This document shows, piece after piece, positions 17,540-27,230 of a stretch of 64,000 nucleotides of DNA. Below the pieces are notes generated by a model that saw only the letters and a program-made list of their open reading frames with translations, did not search any database and was not told where the DNA came from. This stretch comes from Candidatus Gastranaerophilales bacterium. Its GTDB lineage: Bacteria > Cyanobacteriota > Vampirovibrionia > Gastranaerophilales > Gastranaerophilaceae. Position 1 is the first letter of the stretch; each line of letters opens with the position of its first letter. The DNA lies in assembly GCA_944325625.1 (NCBI GenBank), contig CALVAP010000001.1, positions 9,649 through 73,648 on the forward strand, written 5' to 3'. Made by a program: the position numbers and the translations under genes.

Positions 17540-18395
17540 AATTAATGCAGAAATTATTTCGGCAGATTCAAGACAAGTATATCGCGGATTTGATATTGCA
17601 ACCGCAAAGATAACTACGGAAGAAATGGGTGGAATAAAACACTATTTGATTGATGTTTTGGAGCCTGAGCAAGAGTTTTCTGCAGGGATTTTTGTTGAGA
17701 TGGCTAAATCAGCTATCAAAAAGATTAACCAAAAGGGTAAAATTCCTATTATCGTTGGAGGGACGGGGTTGTATCTGAAGATGCTATTAGATGGAATTGA
17801 TATGCCTAAAAGCCAACCAGATAAAGATTTAAGGCTAGAATTGGAAACCATATTAAATACAAAAGGGTTAAGTGAATTATACAAAATATTGGTTTCCTTA
17901 GATGCGGAGTTTGCTCAAAAGATACACCCAAATGACAAGTATAAAATTATGCGCTCAATTGAGATTTTAAAGCATTCGAATAAAAAAATGGAGCAATCAA
18001 GAGGACAAAAACAAAGTGAGTTTGATGTTCTAAAAGTTGCTTTGGGCGCGACTAATAGGGATTTTATTTATAACAGAATTAATAAAAGAGTTGATTATAT
18101 GATTGAGCAGGGTTTGGAAGCTGAGGCTTGTAAAATATACGAAAAAAATCCTACGCTGAAGTCATTTGCTTCAACAATCGGTTATCAGGAATTTATTCCT
18201 TATTTTGAGGGACTTTGTTCCTTGCAAGACGTTATTGTGAAGATTAAACAGAATACAAGAAGATACGCTAAAAGGCAACTCACTTGGTTTAAAGCTCAAA
18301 ATGACATAAACTGGTTTAATATCGACGAGGTCAGTTTGGAAGAAATTGAGCTTAGTGTTCTAGGATTATGCAAATCTTTTGGTATTGAGTTTTAG
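17445..18395 (+). CDS. miaA: tRNA dimethylallyltransferase MiaA
   Basis: KIISIAGTTATGKS P-loop, SADSRQVYRGFDIATAK, TRRYAKRQLTWF. Confidence 0.9.
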   Translation: MDRTRNTRQKIISIAGTTATGKSLLAVRLASKINAEIISADSRQVYRGFDIATAKITTEEMGGIKHYLIDVLEPEQEFSAGIFVEMAKSAIKKINQKGKIPIIVGGTGLYLKMLLDGIDMPKSQPDKDLRLELETILNTKGLSELYKILVSLDAEFAQKIHPNDKYKIMRSIEILKHSNKKMEQSRGQKQSEFDVLKVALGATNRDFIYNRINKRVDYMIEQGLEAEACKIYEKNPTLKSFASTIGYQEFIPYFEGLCSLQDVIVKIKQNTRRYAKRQLTWFKAQNDINWFNIDEVSLEEIELSVLGLCKSFGIEF

Positions 18396-19786
18396 ACTTT
18401 TTCTGATTTTTCATTAATGGAAACTGCCATTAATGCAGCAATCAGCAGCAGAACGCCTCCGATAAGGAAAGAATATTCCCAATGATGATTGATTAAGCCC
18501 CCGCCCAAATCGATAGTACATTTATTGATAAACCATGCCATTAAAGTACAAACAAGAACCTGCGGCCCAGCAATAAAGATATTGAAAATTCCCATAATAG
18601 AGCCTTCTGAACCAGATTTTATATGCTCCGAAAGCATAGCAAAAGGTAATGCTAAAATACTTGCCCAGCCTATGCCAGCTATTGCTATAAAGATTAAAAC
18701 TTCAGTTTTGTCAGTGGTTGCCGCCAGTCCAAAAAACGTTAATGCCATAACTACAAGTGTTGTAATATGAACTTTTTTGTTACCGAAATGTGAAGATAGT
18801 ATCCCGATTGGAATAGATACAAGGAAGCAAATAAGATTGAATATTGCAAAACCTACTGAGGAGTAATTTGTTGCGTCTATTGTTGCTTGTGCGTATTGAA
18901 GTTTTTCCGGAGTATTCATTGTAGTGGTGTCAGGTACACCAAAAACGTTATGTACCGCAAATTGGGTAAAGAATATCAGTAAACTCATAACTCCCAGCCA
19001 TGTAAAGAATTGCATTGCACAAATTTTAAATACATCGGGAGAAGCTTTAAAAAATTCTTTTAAATTGTCAATAAACTTAAAGCCCTTATTTTCAGATTGA
19101 GAAGAAATCTGCACATTTGCAGGTTGGACTTTTCTCTCTTGTGTCGTGATGCAAGTCCAAATCATGGCTAATGAAAACGCAAGAGCAGCCATGATAAATT
19201 GTGCTTTAATAGACATTTGATATCCAAAAGCCCAGTTTAGAAAAGGAGCAGTTCCTGCAGCAATTACCGAGCCGAGCCCGATAGCAAAACTTAAATAAGA
19301 GTTTGCAATTGCGTGCTGTTCAGAAGGTACATTATCAGGCACAAGGGCTCTATATGGACCTTGTGCTGCATTTACACAAGCATCAATAACCCATATCATA
19401 ATTGCAGCTATAAACAAACCTGTCCAACTTGGTAGATTGATTTTTAAAAGATTTGAGAGATTTAGCGCTATTTCACCACTTTGAGGAAACAGCCATAATG
19501 CAACAGAAGCAAGTAAAGCACCTGCCAGAAGATATGGTCTTCTTCTGCCAAAAATAGTTTCGGTGCTATCAGACAATGCGCCTATTATTGGTTGCACTAC
19601 CATACCCGTTACAGGTCCTGCCAGCCAAATTAAGCCAAATAAAAGCGGTGATGCGCCCAAACCTTCAGTTACCGGTCCGGAAAGTATTATCCTCATCTGC
19701 CACGCAAACTGAAGTCCAAAAAAACCAAGACATAGGTTAAGCAATTGTGCTGTGGTAAACTTTTTCATTTTTTGTTGGTCTTCCAT
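18392..19786 (-). CDS. MFS/GPH-family sugar:cation symporter (sucrose-transporter-like)
   Basis: 464 aa, ~12 TM. GALSDSTETIFGRRRPYLLAG is typical of sucrose/SLC45-type GPH carriers. Confidence 0.75.
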   Translation of the reverse strand: MEDQQKMKKFTTAQLLNLCLGFFGLQFAWQMRIILSGPVTEGLGASPLLFGLIWLAGPVTGMVVQPIIGALSDSTETIFGRRRPYLLAGALLASVALWLFPQSGEIALNLSNLLKINLPSWTGLFIAAIMIWVIDACVNAAQGPYRALVPDNVPSEQHAIANSYLSFAIGLGSVIAAGTAPFLNWAFGYQMSIKAQFIMAALAFSLAMIWTCITTQERKVQPANVQISSQSENKGFKFIDNLKEFFKASPDVFKICAMQFFTWLGVMSLLIFFTQFAVHNVFGVPDTTTMNTPEKLQYAQATIDATNYSSVGFAIFNLICFLVSIPIGILSSHFGNKKVHITTLVVMALTFFGLAATTDKTEVLIFIAIAGIGWASILALPFAMLSEHIKSGSEGSIMGIFNIFIAGPQVLVCTLMAWFINKCTIDLGGGLINHHWEYSFLIGGVLLLIAALMAVSINEKSEKV

Positions 19787-19842
19787 TTATTATCTCCAAA
19801 ATCTTTATCTTATTTTATCACAAACTGTAGTATAATGAAATT

Positions 19843-20640
19843 ATGTTAAACGGGAAAAAGATAGTTGTGATTATGCCGGCGTATAACGCCGAAAAAACTC
19901 TTGAACAAACGTATTCTGAGATATGTTTTTCTATGGTTGATGAGGTTATTCTTGCCGATGATTATTCGTACGACAAAACAAAGGATATAGCAAAAAACCT
20001 TAATATAACTACAATTCAACATTCTTCAAATAAAGGATATGGTGCAAACCAAAAGTCATGCTATAAAGCTGCGTTGCAAAGCGGAGCAGATATAGTGATA
20101 ATGCTTCATCCGGATTATCAATATACACCTAAACTTGTTCCGGCGATAGCGTCTATGATGGCATATGAGCAGTATGATGCGGTAATTGCATCTCGTATGC
20201 TTTCTAATTCCGCGCTGCGAGGTGGCATGCCATTATATAAATTTGTTGCAAATAAATTTCTTACTGCTTTTGAGAATTTATTACTTGGAGAAAAACTTTC
20301 AGAATACCATACGGGGTTTCGAGGGTTTACTCGTAAGGTCTTGGAAACGCTTCCACTTGAGGAGTGTGATAATGATTTCATTTTTGATAATGAAATGCTT
20401 GCATTAATTTTCTATTATAAGTTTAAAGTAGGTGAAATTTCTTGTCCTACTAAGTATTTTCCCGAGGCGTCCTCAATAAATCTTGTGCGCAGTATAAAGT
20501 ATGGCTTGGGTGTTTTGAGAGTCAGTGTTTTGTATGCGTTTGCAAAGCTCGGCTTTTATAAGTCTAAAATATTTAAAAAGGAAGCAAAAAAATTAAATCT
20601 GAGCGAAAAACTTGATTATTATTACAAACATAATTCCTAG
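19843..20640 (+). CDS. Family 2 glycosyltransferase
   Basis: VIMPAYNAEKTL, ILADDYSYDKT (DxD region), and a GT-A fold pattern. Confidence 0.8.
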   Translation: MLNGKKIVVIMPAYNAEKTLEQTYSEICFSMVDEVILADDYSYDKTKDIAKNLNITTIQHSSNKGYGANQKSCYKAALQSGADIVIMLHPDYQYTPKLVPAIASMMAYEQYDAVIASRMLSNSALRGGMPLYKFVANKFLTAFENLLLGEKLSEYHTGFRGFTRKVLETLPLEECDNDFIFDNEMLALIFYYKFKVGEISCPTKYFPEASSINLVRSIKYGLGVLRVSVLYAFAKLGFYKSKIFKKEAKKLNLSEKLDYYYKHNS

Positions 20641-21782
20641 ATAATGAGTTCTCCGTCTTTTATTTTCAGGATATCTACTTTTTCAAGATAACTTTCTTTA
20701 AACTGTAAAGTATCTACCGATGTGATAATTGTTTGGGTTTCTGTCCCTATTGCATCAAGCAGATAACCTTGCCTTATATCATCTAGTTCGGCAAGAACAT
20801 CATCGAGAAGTAAGATTGGTTTTTCATTAATTTTGGCTTCAATCAAAACGAGTTCAGCCAATTTGAGCGAAAGAACAATTGTGCGCTGTTGACCTTGAGA
20901 GGCAAATTTTTTTGCCTCTATGTCGTTTATGTAGAAAGAAATATCATCTCGGTGTGGTCCTACAAGTGAAGTTGCCCGAATTATTTCTTCCTGTTTTCGT
21001 TCTTCGAGTTTTGTTTCGAAAAGTTTGGAAATTTCTTCTGTAGTCGGAATTTTATCATTTATGATGTCGAAATCTCCAAGAACTTTTGAATTATACTTAA
21101 TAGTCAAAAGTTCTTGCTCGGCTATTTCAGCATGTTTTACCTGCGCAAGTTCGGTTAACTCTTTTAAGAGCTTTAGCCTTAGATATGTAATATTGCTGCC
21201 TGCAATTGCAAGTTGGAGATTTAAAATGTTGAGAAGTTCCGTATTTGCGGACAAATTGCCTTTTATTTCCTTTAAGAAGTTATTTTTTTGAGTTTTAATT
21301 TTATTATATTTTATAAGCCTATCAACATATGTCGGGTAGATTTGAGAGATTACAATATCTAGCCATAATCGTCTATCTTCGGGGGTGCCTCTGAGCAAAA
21401 GGAGGTCAGAAACACTAAAGCTTACTACGCTTAAGTGTTGGATGAATTCTGAAGCCTTTGTTTTCTTCACCCCGTTAACTTTTAATGTTTTGCGTTTTGG
21501 AGGATTAATGATAACATTCAGTTCAAAATTGTTTGTGTTCTTTTTAAGTTCAGCACTAATACAAGAAAAATCTTCTCCCCACATGATAAGCTCATTATCA
21601 GTTTGAGTCCGATGCGAAGTTAGGGAAGATAAGTACTGAACAGCCTCAAGCAGGTTCGTTTTTCCTTGAGCATTTTTCCCTGTGATTAAAGTTATATTGG
21701 ACTTAAAGTCTACATTTAAGTCTTTATAGTTGCGGTAGTTCTTTAGCTCTAATCTCTCTAAAAACACATTATCCTCCAACAT
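20637..21782 (-). CDS. recF: DNA replication and repair protein RecF
   Basis: LELKNYRNY, Walker A GKNAQGKTNLLEA, signature ASQGQQRT, Walker B ILLLDDVLAELD. Confidence 0.92.
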   Translation of the reverse strand: MLEDNVFLERLELKNYRNYKDLNVDFKSNITLITGKNAQGKTNLLEAVQYLSSLTSHRTQTDNELIMWGEDFSCISAELKKNTNNFELNVIINPPKRKTLKVNGVKKTKASEFIQHLSVVSFSVSDLLLLRGTPEDRRLWLDIVISQIYPTYVDRLIKYNKIKTQKNNFLKEIKGNLSANTELLNILNLQLAIAGSNITYLRLKLLKELTELAQVKHAEIAEQELLTIKYNSKVLGDFDIINDKIPTTEEISKLFETKLEERKQEEIIRATSLVGPHRDDISFYINDIEAKKFASQGQQRTIVLSLKLAELVLIEAKINEKPILLLDDVLAELDDIRQGYLLDAIGTETQTIITSVDTLQFKESYLEKVDILKIKDGELII

Positions 21783-21809
21783 TAGTATAGCAGAAGGAAA
21801 AAATAAACT

Positions 21810-22190
21810 TTATTTTTTAACAATACTTTGCCAAATTTTTTCTAAATCATTCAAAAACGTGGGTGGTTCTTTTTGGGGCTTTTTACACATTGATTTTAAT
21901 ACAGGTAAAGAATGCCTGTATCTAAAAGCAAGCCCTGCAGCAGCTATACCTAATGTAAATTTTATTACGCTAAAAATATTACTTTTAAGATTGGGATGGT
22001 TTTCGGATATAATAGCAAGTCTACTTCTATTCATAGACTTCAATATCTGCCGATATTGGTTTTCCCCAAGTAGAAGTTCGTCGTGCAAAGAATATTGATA
22101 AATCGCAGCAGGCGGAACCACTGCACGACTTATGGGTTTTGCAAGTTTCATATGAGGGTTTATTTGTTGCGCATTATCTACTGAGCTCAC
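21810..22190 (-). CDS. Hypothetical protein with one hydrophobic segment, upstream of recF
   Basis: GTG start 5 nt after GGAGG. Hydrophobic segment FSVIKFTLGIAAAGLAF. Confidence 0.5.
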   Translation of the reverse strand: MSSVDNAQQINPHMKLAKPISRAVVPPAAIYQYSLHDELLLGENQYRQILKSMNRSRLAIISENHPNLKSNIFSVIKFTLGIAAAGLAFRYRHSLPVLKSMCKKPQKEPPTFLNDLEKIWQSIVKK

Positions 22191-22275
22191 ACCGACCTCC
22201 TATAATTTTATTAAAACAAAATTTTCGAAAAATTGCCTAAAATCACTCATGTGGATGTAATTTGTTACAAAACAA

Positions 22276-22310
22276 AAAGGCGCAGCCTTAAAACTTAAGG
22301 CTGCGCCTTT
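22276..22310 (-). terminator. Rho-independent terminator of purA
   Basis: aaaggcgcagcctta-aaac-ttaaggctgcgccttt, followed by a T-run when read on the minus strand. Confidence 0.85.
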
Positions 22311-22330
22311 TATCAATTTTATTCTTTTGT

Positions 22331-23626
22331 TTAATTCATTGGGTTTTCCAAAATAATTGTTTGGTTGCGATTTGGTCCTACAGAAATTATTTTGATTTTT
22401 ACACCAATTAGTTCTTCTAAACGAGCAAAATACTTTTTTGCATTTTGTGGAAGTTCATCATAACTTTGGCAATTAGAGATATCAGATTTCCATCCGGCAT
22501 GTGTTTCATAAACAGGCTCAAGATATTTATGAGTATTTACATTTGTAGGATAATATCTGTAAATCTTTCCGTCACGTTTGTCTTTATATGCCGTACATAT
22601 TTTTATTTCATCAAAAGTGTCAAAAACATCCGCTTTTGTAAGTGCAATTCCGCTAAGTCCGCTTACAAGTGCTGCATATTTTGCAATGACGGCATCAAAC
22701 CAACCGCATCTTCTCGCTCTGCCTGTTGTGACCCCAAATTCCGCGCCGATAGTTTGAATTTTTTTGCCTGTTTCATCTTCAAGCTCACTTATAAAAGGAC
22801 CTTCTCCAACCCTGGTTACGTATGCTTTCATTACTCCAATTGCTTCATCTATGGCTTTTGCGCCTACTCCTGAACCGGTAGCTGCTCCACCTGCAATTGG
22901 ATTGGAACTTGTTACAAAGGGATATGTTCCCCAATCAATGTCAAGCATTACGCCTTGTGCCCCTTCAAATAGAATTTTTTTGCCTGTTTTTAGTGCCTCA
23001 GACAATACTTCTTGCCAATCCCAAAATACATACGGACAAAAAATTTCGGCATATTCTTCACACAAATTAAGGACTTCTTCTTTTGAATACTCTCTCAATC
23101 CGTATACCTCTTTTAGAATTTTATTCTTTAATGGAAGAATATTATCAAGTTTTGAGTTTAAGGCTTCTTCATCATATAAATCTTCGACTTTCAATCCGTA
23201 CCTGCCTACTTTATCAGCGTATGTAGGACCGATACCTTTTTTTGTTGTTCCTATTTTGGTCTTAGCTGTTTTATCTTCGCTGATTCCATCTATATCTATA
23301 TGCCAAGGCATAGTAATTGAAGCAAGCGGGTGAATTCTCAATCCCTCAAGATTTGTTCCTTCAGTTTTTAGCTGGTCAATTTCTTTTTTAAGCTCTGTCG
23401 GATAAATTACCGTTCCTGCAGAAATAATGCAAAGCTTATTTTTGTACAAGACGCCGGAAGGAATAAGGTGAAATTTATATGTTTTCCCTTCAGCAACAAC
23501 AGTATGTCCCGCATTACATCCGCCTTGGTATCGTATAATTATATCTGCGTCTGTTGCCAGAAGATCTGTGATCTTTGCCTTTCCTTCATCTCCCCACTGC
23601 GCACCAACAACAACTGTATTTCCCAC
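22331..23626 (-). CDS. purA: Adenylosuccinate synthetase
   Basis: GAQWGDEGKAK, GGCNAGHTV, TTKKGIGPTY, GVTTGRARRCGW. The likely start is GTG at 23626, 6 nt after AGAGGA, giving MGNTVVVGAQWGDEG. The track ORF extends to 23671. Confidence 0.92.
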   Translation of the reverse strand: MGNTVVVGAQWGDEGKAKITDLLATDADIIIRYQGGCNAGHTVVAEGKTYKFHLIPSGVLYKNKLCIISAGTVIYPTELKKEIDQLKTEGTNLEGLRIHPLASITMPWHIDIDGISEDKTAKTKIGTTKKGIGPTYADKVGRYGLKVEDLYDEEALNSKLDNILPLKNKILKEVYGLREYSKEEVLNLCEEYAEIFCPYVFWDWQEVLSEALKTGKKILFEGAQGVMLDIDWGTYPFVTSSNPIAGGAATGSGVGAKAIDEAIGVMKAYVTRVGEGPFISELEDETGKKIQTIGAEFGVTTGRARRCGWFDAVIAKYAALVSGLSGIALTKADVFDTFDEIKICTAYKDKRDGKIYRYYPTNVNTHKYLEPVYETHAGWKSDISNCQSYDELPQNAKKYFARLEELIGVKIKIISVGPNRNQTIILENPMN

Positions 23627-23668
23627 GATTAATCCTCTTTTGTTCCAATTTACAATTATATTATAAAA

Positions 23669-23700
23669 CAAAAAAGAACACTTTTAATGTGTTCTTTTTT
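23669..23700 (-). terminator. Rho-independent terminator of the HEAT-repeat gene
   Basis: aaaaaagaacac-ttttaa-tgtgttctttttt hairpin with a T-run on the minus strand. Confidence 0.75.
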
Positions 23701-23722
23701 GTTTATTAAGCTATGTGTAAAC

Positions 23723-24577
23723 TTAAACTTGCGCTGTTTTCTTTTGAGGAGTAGCTCCAGGAATGGTTTGCCAGTTAGCAGCCATAATTTTCTTGAAAGA
23801 TTTTAATGCTGTGTCTTCAAGCTCTCCAAGTTCTTCCGCATTCATAATCAATTCTCTGAGCGGAAGAAGTGCTCTTTGGTCTCTCAAAACGCCCAGTGCA
23901 GCAGCAGCCCCTGCTCTAACCAGATCGTTTTCCTCTTTGTTTTGCATAACTTCAATCAAAGCAGGAACAGCTTTTGTATCGTTGAGTTTGCCCAATGAAG
24001 TTACTGCATAAATTCTTACGTTAACCCATTCATCTTTGAGCATGTGAATAATTTTTTCAACTGCTTTCGGATTACCAATTTCACCCAGAGCACGAGTTGC
24101 ATCGCAACGAACATTAACTTTTTCGTGGTCTAATGATTCAATCAAGGCATCAGTAGCAACATCACCAATTTCAATAAGCGCATCAGTTGCAGTAATGCAT
24201 ACTTGAGGATTTTCGTCGTTAAGGGCTTCTACAAGCGGTTCAACAACAATTTTTCCACCCAAACGACCCAACGCACGAGCTGCACGAACACGAACATCAA
24301 CGTTGCGATCTTCTCTCAGTGATTCAATAAGAGGAATGGTAGCTGTATTGTCACCAAGTTCACCCAATGCACGAGCTGCATACAGGCGAACAGAACCGTT
24401 TTTGTCGTTCTTTAGAACATCAATCAAAGGGTCAACAGCAGCAGAGTCACCCATTTCGCCGAGTACTCGCGCTGCATTGTATCTAACTTTTTCAGAATTA
24501 CTTGTTTGCAAATCGATGAGTAATTCATCAAATGATTTTTTTACTTGTTTTTTCTTTGAATTCACACTAATTGTCAT
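23723..24577 (-). CDS. HEAT-repeat protein (PBS-lyase HEAT-like repeats)
   Basis: About eight ~31-aa units of the form VR--AA-ALG-LGD--AV-PLI--L-D. The ATG at 24577 is preceded by GGAGGAAAGAC. Confidence 0.85.
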   Translation of the reverse strand: MTISVNSKKKQVKKSFDELLIDLQTSNSEKVRYNAARVLGEMGDSAAVDPLIDVLKNDKNGSVRLYAARALGELGDNTATIPLIESLREDRNVDVRVRAARALGRLGGKIVVEPLVEALNDENPQVCITATDALIEIGDVATDALIESLDHEKVNVRCDATRALGEIGNPKAVEKIIHMLKDEWVNVRIYAVTSLGKLNDTKAVPALIEVMQNKEENDLVRAGAAAALGVLRDQRALLPLRELIMNAEELGELEDTALKSFKKIMAANWQTIPGATPQKKTAQV

Positions 24578-24939
24578 GTCTTTCCTCCGACATTTGCTTC
24601 CCACACAGATGTTTATATAAAAACAATCTTTTGGAAAATATTGACTATCACACTTTTAAATTTAACAAATTGTTTACAATTATATTTTTTTCTTGCTGCA
24701 AAGAAGTTTTAACCTCTTTTATATTCCTTTACTCATCCCGATTAAGGGTATTTGTAACACTTATTTACCTTGGTTCTTATATAATAACATATTTTTTAAC
24801 TCAATGTGTCATTTATTTGTATTATGTAGCATGTTGTTTTTTTATATCTTCTAAACAATAGTATTGGGAGGCATATTTGTTGTTAATATTTCTTTACTAT
24901 ATTTCTTTTTAAAATAAAAACATTTTTAATTATTATATA

Positions 24940-25296
24940 TCAAATAAATTTTTCTATTTCATTAAGTAATTCTGTATAGCGGGGCTTGTTATGCAGATAA
25001 TTATAGCCAAGCAAGACTTCTAATGCCGTTGCATGCCTGTGTAAAGCTTGATTGGCACGTCTAAAAGAGGTTGTTGGAAGATTTTTTGCTCTTCTGCTAA
25101 TTTCTTTTTCTTCCGAGCTAAGGATTTCTTCCAGTTTTTCGAGGACTTCTGTTTGGAATTCAGCTTTTACATATTTTGTTGTCAATTCATGCATTTTCTT
25201 GCCGTTGGAGGTCTTTTTGATGACCTTTTCTCTTATAAATACTTCGTAGACAGCATCTCCAAGGTGTGCGTATGCTCTGAGGTGATATTGCTCCAT
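24940..25296 (-). CDS. mrnC: Mini-ribonuclease 3 (Mini-III)
   Basis: 118 aa. LRAYAHLGDAVYEVFIREKV and NLPTTSFRRANQALHRHATALEVLLGY. Confidence 0.85.
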   Translation of the reverse strand: MEQYHLRAYAHLGDAVYEVFIREKVIKKTSNGKKMHELTTKYVKAEFQTEVLEKLEEILSSEEKEISRRAKNLPTTSFRRANQALHRHATALEVLLGYNYLHNKPRYTELLNEIEKFI

Positions 25297-25343
25297 GCTT
25301 TAGAAATCCTTTTATTTCAATATCTTTATTGTATTATTTTATT

Positions 25344-26363
25344 ATGATGAAAGTTTTGTCAAGAATGAGCTTAGGTGAATTGGAAGAGTTTTGTCTTTCT
25401 ATCGGACAAAGCAAGTTTCGTGCGCGTCAAATTTATAACTGGATTTACCTTAAGTCGGTAAAGTCTATAGATGATATGACCGATTTGTCCAAGCGATTTC
25501 GAGAGGAACTTAAGGAATTGGCTGTTGTTTCAGATATTAAGGTTGTGAAAAAGCAGGTGAGTTCTGATGGTACTGTTAAGTTTCTTTTGGAATATTCTGA
25601 TGCCCAGAGAGTTGAAACGGTTCTAATGCGTTTTGATAATCGTGCTAATCTTACGGCTTGCGTGTCTTCTCAGGTGGGGTGCGCTATGGGATGTGCTTTT
25701 TGTGCAACGGGAAAAAGAGGTTTCATAAGAAACCTGACGCCATACGAAATTACAGAGCAGGTACTTGCTATTCAGATGGAAACCGGGCTTAAGGTTACTA
25801 ATATTGTGTTTATGGGGCAAGGAGAGCCACTATTAAACCTATACAATGTTTTGGCAGCGATGAAGATATTTAATGAATCTTTTCAGATTGGTGTTAGGCG
25901 AATGACTGTTTCTACTTGCGGAATAGTCCCTCAGATTAATAAGCTTGCGCAACTTAATATGCAATCTACGTTGGCAATTTCTTTGCATGCGCCAAAAAGT
26001 GAAATTCGTCAAAAGATTATGCCTGTAGAGAAAAAATATAATCTTGAATTACTTAAAAAATCTTTGATTGATTATACCAAAATGACAGGTAGACGTGTTA
26101 CCATAGAGTATGTTCTTATCGGCGGAGTGAATGATTCTGCTGTTTGTGCTAAGGATTTAGCCTATTATTTAAGTGATTTAAATTGCAATATTAACCTGAT
26201 AGTTTACAATCCTGTAGAGGGTGACGAGTTTAAGCGTCCTAAAAAAGATGATATTTATAAGTTCAAATATTTGTTGGAAGTTGCGGGTAAAAAAGTTACT
26301 ATAAGGCTTGAAAGAGGGTTGGACATTGATGCCGCATGCGGTCAACTTAGCGGTAAGGTTTAA
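25344..26363 (+). CDS. rlmN: 23S rRNA/tRNA (adenine-C2)-methyltransferase RlmN (radical SAM)
   Basis: FRARQIYNWIY, CVSSQVGCAMGCAFCATG, MGQGEPL, GVNDS, ACGQL. ATG at 25344 is preferred over the track TTG at 25329. Confidence 0.9.
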   Translation: MMKVLSRMSLGELEEFCLSIGQSKFRARQIYNWIYLKSVKSIDDMTDLSKRFREELKELAVVSDIKVVKKQVSSDGTVKFLLEYSDAQRVETVLMRFDNRANLTACVSSQVGCAMGCAFCATGKRGFIRNLTPYEITEQVLAIQMETGLKVTNIVFMGQGEPLLNLYNVLAAMKIFNESFQIGVRRMTVSTCGIVPQINKLAQLNMQSTLAISLHAPKSEIRQKIMPVEKKYNLELLKKSLIDYTKMTGRRVTIEYVLIGGVNDSAVCAKDLAYYLSDLNCNINLIVYNPVEGDEFKRPKKDDIYKFKYLLEVAGKKVTIRLERGLDIDAACGQLSGKV

Positions 26364-26454
26364 CTATTAAGTATTGTAACAATATATATGATTTATGAAA
26401 TAAGAATATACTTAATGTTTTTATTATTCATGTAAGTGTATAAAGGTAGATTTT

Positions 26455-27174
26455 ATGATAGATGGTATCAGTTCAAATAATTTGTACGCAAACTCTGCTG
26501 AATCGAGAGTTATGCAAAGAAGATTGGAACAGTGGGGTATTGATATTGATGCAATGTCATTAATGTTTTTGACTTCAAGAGGTAACCAAGAATCTGTTAT
26601 AAATAGAATTGGTTTAGAGTTAGGTATTAACGAAACTCCATCTGAATCAAATTTAAGTTTTGATAGATATATTACAGCAGAAAATGACCAAAATAACTAT
26701 CTTTTCCAAGGAGAAGACGGAAACCTTTATAATTTGAATTTTACAGAAGGAACTTATTCTGAGATATCTGTTAATGATTTTGCTGAAGAAAACGGATTAA
26801 TAGAAGATGGTGATAAATTCTATGATGTTGTAGATTTTGGTCAAAACAAAGCTGAGTTTACGGATTATGCATTCCAAGGTACAGGTGATGGAAAACTTGA
26901 TAAGGCTGAAGTCGCAATCGGCGGTGGAACTTGGGGTAGCGTAAAATGGGTAAGACAAGAAGTCGACCAAACATTGTGGGGTTCAGGAGAATCCAGTGGT
27001 AACTCGGTAATATCTAATCTTGCATTTTCAAATATTATTAAACATAAAGATCAGTGGTTAAATGCTACTGACGAAGAAGAGTTAGAAAAGGCTGAATCAG
27101 AAGAAGAGTATTGGGAAATGATTGCGGAAAAAGCCGTTGAGGCTATGGATGAAACTGGAAAGGCTGAGTACTAA
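26455..27174 (+). CDS. Hypothetical acidic protein
   Basis: 239 aa, D/E/G/N-rich, no signal peptide. Contains a GTGDGKLDKAEV calcium-loop-like stretch. No family recognised. Confidence 0.55.
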   Translation: MIDGISSNNLYANSAESRVMQRRLEQWGIDIDAMSLMFLTSRGNQESVINRIGLELGINETPSESNLSFDRYITAENDQNNYLFQGEDGNLYNLNFTEGTYSEISVNDFAEENGLIEDGDKFYDVVDFGQNKAEFTDYAFQGTGDGKLDKAEVAIGGGTWGSVKWVRQEVDQTLWGSGESSGNSVISNLAFSNIIKHKDQWLNATDEEELEKAESEEEYWEMIAEKAVEAMDETGKAEY

Positions 27175-27203
27175 CATTAGGTGGCTGTAATATCTCAGCA
27201 CGC

Positions 27204-27230
27204 AAAAAGAAGGCTTAACAGCCTTCTTTT
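27204..27230. terminator. Bidirectional terminator shared by the convergent hypothetical gene and helicase gene
   Basis: aaaagaaggct-taac-agccttctttt. The helicase stop codon (27215-27217) lies in the hairpin loop. Confidence 0.7.

Noticed and set aside
22764-23333. 189-aa + strand ORF, together with similar long antisense ORFs at 49906..50466, 41175..41678, 2121..2609, 4486..4893 and 10005..10346.
   Set aside because: Each lies entirely antisense to a gene with strong motif support (purA, the OPA transporter, flgG, the giant protein, the kinase, ftsY). They have no RBS and a low-complexity S/P/F/I-rich composition typical of shadow frames.
26364-26454. 8-bp inverted repeat ttaagtat...atacttaa downstream of rlmN, considered as a terminator.
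   Set aside because: The stem is AU-only, the loop is ~33 nt, and there is no T-run, so it is too weak to call.
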